Source of the DNA: Myxococcales bacterium
GTDB taxonomy: Bacteria; Myxococcota; Myxococcia; Myxococcales; UBA5297
Reading direction: 5' to 3'
Length of the DNA stretch: 64,000 bases
Assembly: GCA_037442205.1 (NCBI GenBank)
Contig: JBBIQS010000033.1
Span: forward strand, 1-64,000
Below are positions 41,501-49,446 of the stretch, piece by piece (position 1 is the stretch's first letter; each line of letters begins with the position of its first letter). The notes beneath the pieces were generated by a model, which saw only the letters and a program-made list of their open reading frames with translations, was not told where the DNA came from and ran no database searches. Made by a program: the position numbers and the translations under genes.

Positions 41501-42323
41501 TCCCGCGCCGACGGTCGTTTCGCTCGCGACCCTGTGCCTCGCCGCGCTGTCGGCCAGCGAGGGCAACGCCGCCTACTTCGTCGGCCCGTGCAACGGGCAG
41601 GGAGGCGTCACCAGCGTGCAGTCGGGGTACGCCTTGCTCCGCCCTTCGCCCGGAGGCTCGCTGCAAGGGGTGGCACCGGTGGCGCTGGCGGCGCCGGCGA
41701 CCGGAAACACGCTCGAAAGCTGGAGCGCGCCCGCGGTGTCGGCGAACTTGGTCGCTTGGCGGGAGCGAACCTCCAGCTGGGCTCAGGATCTCCGCATCCA
41801 GACCATCGGCGGCGCGCCGCCTGCGCTGTCAGCCACTGCCACCAGCTTCGCCTGCTGGCGCGTGCAGGCTTCCGCGGGGCTGCCGGGGAGCACCATCTGC
41901 GACGTGTCGGGCAACTGGCCCACCTCCGGCTCAGGGCTGAGTTGGCAGGCCGCGTCCGGTTGGAACCTGGCGCTCCTGATCTCCGGCCGGCTCTTCTTCT
42001 ACGACGGCGGCCCGGGGGGCATCTACCTTTCCCCCTTTGGGAACACCGCCGTCGGCTACGAGGTGCCGCTCGGACCGCTGGTTCCCGACACCAGCGGCGG
42101 CAGCAGGAACGGGATCTCCTTCGCCGGCAACTACCTCGCGCTCATCGCCAGCTCGCCCACGCAGTCGGCGCAGGTCTTCCTGTGGGACAAGTCGAGCCAG
42201 GCGCTCATGCAGAGGACCACCCATTTCTCGGAGAAGAGAACGGTGCAGGTGGCGCCCTCGGGGCGGATGGTCTGGGGAGATACCCTGTTCGCCAGCCCCG
42301 CGACCTTCGTCTTCTTGCCTTGA
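35538..42323 (+). CDS. Giant (2261 aa) surface lipoprotein with about 17 carboxypeptidase-regulatory-like/Ig-like repeats and a Trp-rich C-terminal region
   Basis: Lipobox LAGAGC. Repeating roughly 85-aa modules G.V.L.G......GV.V.L......T..DG.W.L..VPPG.Y.L...K.GY. A Cys-containing middle part. C-terminal third has recurring TEPAWP..G.TV.DG.V.W motifs (propeller-like). Confidence 0.8.
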   Translation: MNRRLLLVAGLILAGAGCTSDVPHSNPYDPQSPTTAQAKSRLVGRVSLEGKGDADDRSGVRVALTALGLESSTVADGSWTLDQVPPGTWSLEVSKEGYRTGTIYPVVVTLDQGGAEVQVPAIGLQRSRGSVRGKALLEGEDVSAGISVSLSNGAGSGQTDATGEFVLSGIASGTYEVSYSKVAFRDVRVGNVVVAPDGTTVLAPVTLSSNPGSLSGRVIVRGAANSDGVLVTADGMTLGGHHNVVQVTTAADPSGQKPDGSFTLSNVAAGLYNVIFTKDNYITEQVSVAVTPEKESVLAPVTMTGAVGALTGTATLAGALDHSGIEVSLTPQPTTANPNPSVAAAAITDSAGTWRLEGLPVGNYDLLYKKRPGYQDKTGTATVVRDAVVSAGAVVLAEIPGEIRGRVLLEGFAAGADLSGTSVRLDGHPAVTTDAQGNYSVTGSGGAHLLHVTRTGYTEAKVQVAIAAGDILTLDDVTLAKARGSVFGILAVEERSDASGVLVTLSSATEPSFTALTDSRGAFRFSGVPVGTWQLDASLPNYLGIPTATATVAANLDTEAPSATAPAASRTLSLRRDAAILGTVHYSAGSDQSGVNADLSGADVNGVVVHLTARSDVSGAFSFTGLPPGGYRLSLALQDYEAADLGSVALAAGQTVTLGAASLSRSRGDAAGQFLLTGASSHDNIKVTLSGTGAIAGTTVSVLTDPLGNFSAAGLPVGTYSVAATKAPDWASQTGSLTVTRNAVGQLVGSPLSLTVISTASVAGKVTVEKGATAGTSVRLQGKDLRGVAVDLTAQSDATGAFLFSNLVGGDYQLGYSRTGFEATSSTAFRVASAAAVTAPDVVLRVLRGTVSGTVKLDPGTVVGFAVGTDFSGARVALLDETGAEVDRTVTDASGAFQFRAVAVSLVTGLSHTVNASLDHFKTASAQVQVAANGNTPVGPLTLLLQPGSMTGFAYLNDNVGNSGRNADSTGIAVSVSGVAYNGVTYSKASAGTAANGSWSIADLPPGTFDLHITSTDRACLGGGTFPVRSAVATAAASADCFDTLAPTGLTLVAAPAWTSATSLTLSLASPAVDNTKPTSNLRGYQYVKGRLPDWTAAAIVAQTPAQMIFSLDLNAENTLWVRAVDWLGNAGPASYAVVRQDSVAPATPVIHTPRTYLSATTTSVSLSGAEGDATFDSYLVCSSERPAAVACPALPDCALAKSPASFALSLTAGNRTCLWAQSRDMAGNTSALAGPTPVVCDVSRPGAPSISPVYDPSLYTVRAGSVDVFVAAGPVDAPLGDLNHPYRGVDYLEVDSGGGFVPLCAGCRSATDPNAWDPCSSTCTCADPALRCATVRSGGVSSRELRSINVPLVAGATNRISVRAVDLAGNIGDGASIIVGTEGTRVFAQGIGPQMAPRFYKNMVAYSNNGLASMAQLDARRVPLVTCSPAGEVAQMSFLRSQSCQGMSVAPESLAAIGQLGVYYIAQASTCVTPPCPSSDFKSIKRADLPGIASCMSGLEILGPTKTPGLLSSVQFFESVAVSGPVLAWVVADDWSAQVPDTKSVFWCQLDPTSKACSGAVHPLGAAAGPGHVAGLRAAGDWLFWASEVVSGANCQVGPQPPKYRWRASYVGAARAWTAGAAHAAGDLVWPTTPNGHAYRATSAGTSGATEPAWPVPVLPTASPGSGPTVADGTVVWTEMSWTLDAEQAAISADGKLIFTADNSQELPWTASTLFSAYALVKPTVANGFFYRATQTTGASSFSGRSGLAEPAWPTTMGATVVDNEITWTATVTTDHMAPPAVYRIRSAGPDGLWGTADDPAPAKNQGTREVARGGLAIEPGRAIVLSQTISGSSITDWEAAPDGTFKSDPTGGPSYLRHLSAGGAELSSPEIDHGLFVYAYGMNQTADLVAVDLSSQRWESSVSREDYQTIAEDGTVLVLRNDIVTRWLAVRDPDGSERTTLLADFAGYSGSTPPLAVTGKDVLYQVAGGIKILNAGPDGKLLTADDPAPTVVSLATLCLAALSASEGNAAYFVGPCNGQGGVTSVQSGYALLRPSPGGSLQGVAPVALAAPATGNTLESWSAPAVSANLVAWRERTSSWAQDLRIQTIGGAPPALSATATSFACWRVQASAGLPGSTICDVSGNWPTSGSGLSWQAASGWNLALLISGRLFFYDGGPGGIYLSPFGNTAVGYEVPLGPLVPDTSGGSRNGISFAGNYLALIASSPTQSAQVFLWDKSSQALMQRTTHFSEKRTVQVAPSGRMVWGDTLFASPATFVFLP

Positions 42324-42380
42324 GGTGAGCCCGGGCCTCCGGCCCACAGTGCCGCCCGCCCGGAGCAGCGGGCGGCACCG

Positions 42381-42740
42381 ACCTCCTCGACCTGCCTCGG
42401 CCTCAAGCGCTTGGCCCCCCGGGCACCTCCTCGACCTGCCTCGGCCTCAAGCGCTTGGCCCCCCGGGCACCTCCGGAGCACGTCCGAGGGCAAGCTCTTG
42501 CGCTCCGGGCAGCTCCGGAGCACGTCCGAGGGCAAGCCCTTGCGCTCCGGGCACCTCCGGAGCACGTCCGAGGGCAAGCTCTTGCGCTCCGGGCACCTCC
42601 GGAGCTGCCCGAGGCTGAAAGGCAGGTCAGGTCAGGCACCTCCCGAGCTGCCCTGGACTGAAAAGCAGTTCAGGTCAGGCAGCCTCCGAGGTGCCCGAGG
42701 CTGAAAGGAAGTGCAGGTACGGGCAGGTCCGGAGCCGACT
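42381..42740. repeat. Intergenic tandem repeat array: eight 42-45-bp units in three sub-families
   Basis: 2 x ACCTCCTCGACCTGCCTCGGCCTCAAGCGCTTGGCCCCCCGGGC. 3 x ACCTCCGGAGCACGTCCGAGGGCAAGCTCTTGCGCTCCGGGC, where each unit carries the inverted termini CCGGAGC/GCTCCGG. 3 x CTGCCCGAGGCTGAAAGGCAGGTCAGGTCAGGC-like. Units abut directly with no unique spacers. Confidence 0.7.
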
Positions 42741-43113
42741 GAGGCGAGGCACGCCAAGGTCCGCGGGGCGAAGTCGCGCTGCGGGTTGAGTGCGGCGCCC
42801 CGCCGCGAGGCCGCCGACTGAGGATCGAGAACGAGCTTCGGCGTGCTGCCGGCCAGACCACGGGGCAGGCGCTCAAGTCGAGGCTGCGCCGGCTCGCCGT
42901 TCGGGCTCGCGCTCGCGGCCCGCCCGTCCTTCTCTTGAGGTTGGGCCCCCGCGGCTTGCCGGGCATCTGGCCGTTCGCCGAGCCTGTCTCCGAGTGCTCC
43001 GCCGCCCGTCGGTCCTGCGGATCGCGGGTGCTTATGTTTTCGCTGTCCTGCGCCCCCGAGCGTCCCGGGCGGGCGCGGCCCGAAAAGGCACGGCGAAAAG
43101 GAGCAGACAAAGG

Positions 43114-45126
<2,013 letters not shown>

Positions 45127-45149
45127 ATTCAAGCCGAGGGCGCGACGAA

Positions 45150-45518
45150 ATGGCTTTCGTCAAGTTGGGGCGCGGCCACGGGGCCAAGAAGCAGCTCTTT
45201 CAGCGGGGGCTGCGGAGGGGGTTTCTGACCATCCAGGAGATCGAGAGCTCTCTGCCGCCGGGGACGATGACCGCGGCCGAGCGCTGGCTGCTCTATTACT
45301 CGCTGCGCGCCGCCGAGATCGAGCTGCGCGACGAGACCGGCAACCTGGTGACCGTGCAGCCGCTGTCGCAGGAGGAGCTCAGCCGGCTGGCCAGCGAGCG
45401 CCAGCAGGGCGAGGCGCCGCCGGCCGAGCAGCCTGCCGAGGCGCTCGACTCGGAGGAGGCGAGGCAGATCGAGGAGGCGCTGGCGGCGATGGAGAAGGGC
45501 GCCGCCGACTCCCAGTAG
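45150..45518 (+). CDS. Small acidic hypothetical protein with a sigma-70 region-1.1-like segment
   Basis: QRGLRRGFLTIQEIESSLPP resembles the RpoD region 1.1 pattern (GYLTYxEIndhLP). Acidic tail. Lies 23 nt after ftsH. Confidence 0.4.
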   Translation: MAFVKLGRGHGAKKQLFQRGLRRGFLTIQEIESSLPPGTMTAAERWLLYYSLRAAEIELRDETGNLVTVQPLSQEELSRLASERQQGEAPPAEQPAEALDSEEARQIEEALAAMEKGAADSQ

Positions 45519-45601
45519 CGATTTGACACCTCAAATCGGGTGCTTAGGTTGCGCCTGCCGCGCCCCCAGAGGGGCGACAGGCGCGCCAGGAGCCGACAGA
45601 C

Positions 45602-46252
45602 TTGAACCCGACCGATTCCGCGCCGCAGGGCGCTCCCGAGCCCAAGGCCCCCGCCCCTGAGGCGGCCCAGGCCGAGCAGCCCGAGAAGACCACTCCCCAG
45701 GCGATCAACCCGCTGCTCCTCGAGGAGCTGCGCTCGGAGCTCAACGGCGCACGGGCCGAGTTGGCCGCGGCGCACAAGGAGCGAGAGCAGCAGGGCAAGC
45801 GGCTGGACGAGATCGCCCGGGCCTACAGCGGCTTGCTCGCCGACCAGAAGGAGTTCCGCCAGCGCCTGGAGCGCGAAAAGGAGCGGGTGCTCTTGGGCGA
45901 GCGGGGCAAGGTGGCGCTTGGCCTGCTGGAGCTGGGCGACGAGCTGGAGCGGGCGCTTTCGGCAGCCCGCCAGGACGAGGGGCCGCTGGCGCAGGGGGTG
46001 CGGCTGATCCGCGAGGGGCTGCTCAAGCGGCTGTCAGCGATGGGCATCGAGCGGATGGAACTGGTCGGCAAGCCCTACGACCCGGAGCTGGCCGAGGCGG
46101 TGGACTTGGTGCCGGTAGCGGACAAGGCCCAGGACGACACGGTGGTGGCCGAGGCGGTGCCGGGCTATCGGCTGGGCGAGCGGGTGTTGCGGCCGGCGCG
46201 GGTGCGGGTGGCGCGCTACATGGCGCCCCCGGCGCAGCCGGCGCAGGCCTGA
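45602..46252 (+). CDS. grpE: Nucleotide exchange factor GrpE
   Basis: Coiled-coil N-terminus. GrpE C-terminal motifs RLSAMGIERMELVGKPYDPELAEAV and VPGYRLGERVLRPARVRV. TTG start as in the ORF track. Confidence 0.8.
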   Translation: MNPTDSAPQGAPEPKAPAPEAAQAEQPEKTTPQAINPLLLEELRSELNGARAELAAAHKEREQQGKRLDEIARAYSGLLADQKEFRQRLEREKERVLLGERGKVALGLLELGDELERALSAARQDEGPLAQGVRLIREGLLKRLSAMGIERMELVGKPYDPELAEAVDLVPVADKAQDDTVVAEAVPGYRLGERVLRPARVRVARYMAPPAQPAQA

Positions 46253-46352
46253 GCGGCTTGGCGAGCGCTCGGCGGGAATGAGAGATCCCGCCGCCCGGTT
46301 TGTGGCAGTGACGCAGATCTGCCATTTCGAATCCAAACGCGGAGCATTCTCC

Positions 46353-47873
46353 ATGAACTTCGGATCGGCTCGCGCCGCGGCGCTGGCGGTGGCGCTCTCG
46401 CCGCTGCTGGGGTGCCAGCAGCAGGGCAGCCTGGTGCAGGCCCTCGACTCGGCGGTGGTGGGCACCGCCCACGCCGAGACCCCGTCGACGACCCCGCCGC
46501 CGAACGGATTGTGGCGCGAAGGCGGGCAGAACCTGGGCGACTTCCGGGCCCCGGTGTCGCTGGCGCCGCTGGTCAAGGCGATCAAGCCGGGGGTGGTGAA
46601 CATCAACACCACCAGCATCGCCAAGCGGCAGCAGATGCAGGTGCCCCCGGGCTTCGAGGACTTCTTCCACCAGTTCCACGGAGGCCGCGGCGGCGACGCC
46701 GAGCCCGAGCGCCGGCAGAGCCTGGGCTCGGGGTTCATCATCAATCCCGCCGGCTACGTGATCACCAACAACCACGTGATCGACGGGGCCTCGGAGATCA
46801 AGGTCACCCTCGACGACGGCCGGGAGTTCACCGCCAAGGTGGTCGGCCGCGATCCGAAGACCGACGTGGCGCTGCTCAAGCTGCAGCCCAACGGCCAGGA
46901 GGTCAAAGACCTGCCGACCGTGCCGCTGGGTGACTCGGAGGCGCTGCAGGTGGGCGACTACGTGCTCGCCGCCGGCAACCCCTTCGGCCTGGACCACTCG
47001 GTGAGCCAGGGGATCGTCAGCGCCAAGGAGCGGGTGATTGGCGCCGGGCCCTACGACGAGTTCATCCAGACCGACGCCGCCATCAACCCCGGCAATTCCG
47101 GCGGGCCGCTGTTCAACATGAAGGGCGAGGTGGTGGGGGTGAACACCGCCATCGTGGCCCAGGGCCAGGGGATCGGCTTCGCAGTGCCGATCAACATGGC
47201 CAAGGAGTTGCTGCCGCAGCTCTTGAACAGCGGCAAAGTGGTGCGCGGCTGGCTGGGCGTGTCGATCCAGGAAGTGACCCCGGACATCGCCAAGAGCCTG
47301 GGGCTGGGCAAGGCCGGAGGCGCGTTGGTGGGCGAGGTGATGAAGCGCGGGCCGGCGGCCGCCTCCGGGCTCGAGGCGGGCGACGTGGTGACCGCGGTCA
47401 ACGGCCGCAAGGTCGAGACCTACAACCAGCTGTCGCGCTTCGTGGCCGGGCTGGCCCCTGGGGCTAAGGCCCAGCTGACGGTGATGCGCGGTGGCAAGGA
47501 GCGTGCGATCCCGGTCAAGGTCGGCGAGCGCCCCGAGGACGAGCGCACCGCCTGGCAGCAGGGCGGCGATGAGGAGAGCGCCCAGCCTTCGGCGGTCGAC
47601 AAGCTGGGGATCTCGGTGGCTGCACTGGGCACGCAGCGGGCGCGTCAGGTGGGCGTCGAGGAGGGCGTGCAGATCAGCGCCGTCGAGCCCGACTCCGCGG
47701 CCGCACGGGCCGGCGCCCGACCCGGCGACGTCATCGTCGAGATGCAGCGCCAGCCGGTGCGCAACGTCCGCGACTACGCCCAGATCGCCCATACCCTCAA
47801 GGTCGGCGATACCGCGCTGATCCGCGTGCGGCGCGAGGGCGCGGCCATCTTCATCGCCGTGCCGCTGCGGTAG
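46353..47873 (+). CDS. HtrA/DegP-family periplasmic serine protease with two PDZ domains
   Basis: Signal or lipoprotein leader. Catalytic HVID, D(V)ALLK, GNSGGPL. Two PDZ-like segments (LGVSIQEV..., LGISVAAL...). Confidence 0.88.
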   Translation: MNFGSARAAALAVALSPLLGCQQQGSLVQALDSAVVGTAHAETPSTTPPPNGLWREGGQNLGDFRAPVSLAPLVKAIKPGVVNINTTSIAKRQQMQVPPGFEDFFHQFHGGRGGDAEPERRQSLGSGFIINPAGYVITNNHVIDGASEIKVTLDDGREFTAKVVGRDPKTDVALLKLQPNGQEVKDLPTVPLGDSEALQVGDYVLAAGNPFGLDHSVSQGIVSAKERVIGAGPYDEFIQTDAAINPGNSGGPLFNMKGEVVGVNTAIVAQGQGIGFAVPINMAKELLPQLLNSGKVVRGWLGVSIQEVTPDIAKSLGLGKAGGALVGEVMKRGPAAASGLEAGDVVTAVNGRKVETYNQLSRFVAGLAPGAKAQLTVMRGGKERAIPVKVGERPEDERTAWQQGGDEESAQPSAVDKLGISVAALGTQRARQVGVEEGVQISAVEPDSAAARAGARPGDVIVEMQRQPVRNVRDYAQIAHTLKVGDTALIRVRREGAAIFIAVPLR

Positions 47874-47954
47874 TCCGGCGCCTCATCGACGCGCTCCCTC
47901 CACGGCCAAATCGGCCGCGGGGCGGAGCGCGTCTTTGTGTTTGAAGTTACTGGT

Positions 47955-47982
47955 GGAATTCCTCGCGCAGAGTTTTCGAAGA
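47955..47982 (+). promoter_or_regulatory. Candidate ECF-type promoter (GGAAT-N17-CGAAGA) upstream of the ECF sigma gene
   Basis: AT-rich patch in otherwise GC-rich intergenic DNA, with a GGAAT -35-like element and a CGAAG -10-like element. Speculative. Confidence 0.2.
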
Positions 47983-48040
47983 TCGAGCACTCAACGCCAT
48001 GGCCGCTCGGGTGTACCTAGTGTGACGCCCGAGGTGCCGG

Positions 48041-48655
48041 TTGCGCGAATCCATTCCCAAGCTGCGAGTTCTGCCGGGCGATGCCGAGTCCGCGAATGCC
48101 CTCGACCGGGGCAGCGACGAAGAGCTGATGCTGCTGAGCAGCGCCGGCCGCCGTGACGCCTTCGCCGAGCTCGCCGGCCGTCACTTGCCGCGGCTGACCA
48201 GCTTCTGTGCCAAGTACGTCGGCGATCGCGGCGCCGGTGAGGAGCTCGCGCAGGAGACCATGGTCCAGGTCTGGCTCTCGAGCGCCGACTACCGGCCCGG
48301 CGCCTCGACGGCGGTCTTCCTCTACACCATCGCCCGCAACCGCTGCCGCAACCACCGCCGCGACACGAGTCGGCGCGAGCGGCTCCTCGAGGCCCGGCCC
48401 ACTTCGGAGCAGGAGCCGGCCCAGCTCGATGCGCTGCTCGAATCGGAGCGGCAGCGGCGGGTGTTCGAAGCGGTGGCGCGCCTGCCCGAGAAGTTGCGCG
48501 AGGCGGTGCTGCTGCGCTTCGACCGCGGGCTCGACTACGCCCAGATCGCGGAGATCGTCGGGCGAGGGGAGGCGACCATGCGGTCGCGCGTCTTCCTGGC
48601 CCTCAAGAGCCTTCGCCGCGAGCTCGGCGAGGCGCTGCCCGAGGTGGAGCGATGA
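48041..48655 (+). CDS. ECF (group IV) RNA polymerase sigma factor
   Basis: Region 2 ELAQETMVQVWLS...FLYTIARNRCRNHRR. Region 4 LPEKLREAVLLRFDRGLDYAQIAEIVGRGEATMRSRV. Confidence 0.85.
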   Translation: MRESIPKLRVLPGDAESANALDRGSDEELMLLSSAGRRDAFAELAGRHLPRLTSFCAKYVGDRGAGEELAQETMVQVWLSSADYRPGASTAVFLYTIARNRCRNHRRDTSRRERLLEARPTSEQEPAQLDALLESERQRRVFEAVARLPEKLREAVLLRFDRGLDYAQIAEIVGRGEATMRSRVFLALKSLRRELGEALPEVER

Positions 48656-49446
48656 ACGGCTGCCCCAATCCCTCGGAGTGGCTGCTGCTGGTCGACGGCC
48701 AGGTGTCGGAGGAGCGCGGGCGCCAGCTGCGCGGGCACGTCGAGGCGTGTCGCCAGTGCCGGTCGCGGCTGGCCGCGGAAGAGGAGCTGCTGCGCCGCCT
48801 GGCCCAACCGATTGCCGAGCCGTCGCCGGTTTCGGTGGAGCGGCTGATGGCGCGGCTCGATCAGGCGCCGCCGGTTCGGAGAAGCCCGCTCGGTTGGGTT
48901 GGCGCCGGGGCCTTGGCCGCGGCGCTGGCGACGGGCGTGCTGCTTGCCCCGCGCGGCGCGCCCGAGCTGCAGGCGCGAGGCGGCGAGCCCAGCGACGCGA
49001 TCGGCAAGCGGGCCGGCGTTCAGCTCCGGCGGGTGGACGATCCTTCGCGAGCGATCGAGCCGGGTGCGGCGGTGCCTGCCGAGGCGGCCTTCTTCGCCAG
49101 CTACCGCAACCTCGAGGCAGTGGAGCTCTACCTCGCCGCCTTCGGACTGGACGCATCGGGAGAGATCCACTGGCTCTATCCCGGGTTCGTCGATCCCGAC
49201 AGCGATCCGTTCTCGGTGCCGCTGTCGCCCGCGGAGGTGCCCAGCGCCCTGGGCGAGTCGGTGCGGCTCGAGTCGCCAGCGCCGGGGCCGATGAAGGTGC
49301 TGCTGCTGGTCACGCGGGCGCCGCTGCGCGTATCGCAGATCGAGTCCCTGCCTTCTACGCGGCTCACTGTCGGTTCCCTGCAAGCTCGCTTCCCCGACGC
49401 CTCTGTCGAGGAGCTTCCCCTCATCCTGACTCGGAGTTCCCCATGA
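48652..49446 (+). CDS. Zinc-binding (ZAS-type) anti-sigma factor with one TM and a periplasmic domain
   Basis: ATG overlaps the sigma-gene stop (ATGA). HVEACRQCRSRL is the H-x3-C-x2-C motif. TM LGWVGAGALAAALATGVLLA. About 150-aa C-terminal extracytoplasmic region. Confidence 0.65.
   Translation: MNGCPNPSEWLLLVDGQVSEERGRQLRGHVEACRQCRSRLAAEEELLRRLAQPIAEPSPVSVERLMARLDQAPPVRRSPLGWVGAGALAAALATGVLLAPRGAPELQARGGEPSDAIGKRAGVQLRRVDDPSRAIEPGAAVPAEAAFFASYRNLEAVELYLAAFGLDASGEIHWLYPGFVDPDSDPFSVPLSPAEVPSALGESVRLESPAPGPMKVLLLVTRAPLRVSQIESLPSTRLTVGSLQARFPDASVEELPLILTRSSP

Noticed and set aside
35442-41666. Minus-strand ORFs 35442..38297 and 39621..41666, opposite the giant lipoprotein gene
   Set aside because: Gly/Ala/Arg-rich antisense translations of a repeat-rich gene.
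42381-42740. Possibility that the tandem repeats are a CRISPR array or encode the small ORFs 42403..42704
   Set aside because: Repeat units abut with no unique spacers of constant length, and there are three degenerate sub-families rather than one conserved repeat. The small ORFs are repeat-translation artefacts (LRSTSEGK repeated).
45519-45601. CIRCE/HrcA operator or sigma32 promoter upstream of grpE
   Set aside because: Only a TTGACA hexamer is present. No TTAGCACTC-N9-GAGTGCTAA inverted repeat and no CCCCAT-type -10 could be found.
48207-49442. 5-prime part of the long ORF 48207..51281, in frame with the caspase-like gene
   Set aside because: This part overlaps the ECF sigma and anti-sigma genes in another frame and is Arg/Pro/Ala low complexity. 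The true start is taken as the ATG at 49443, with a signal peptide and ATGA coupling.
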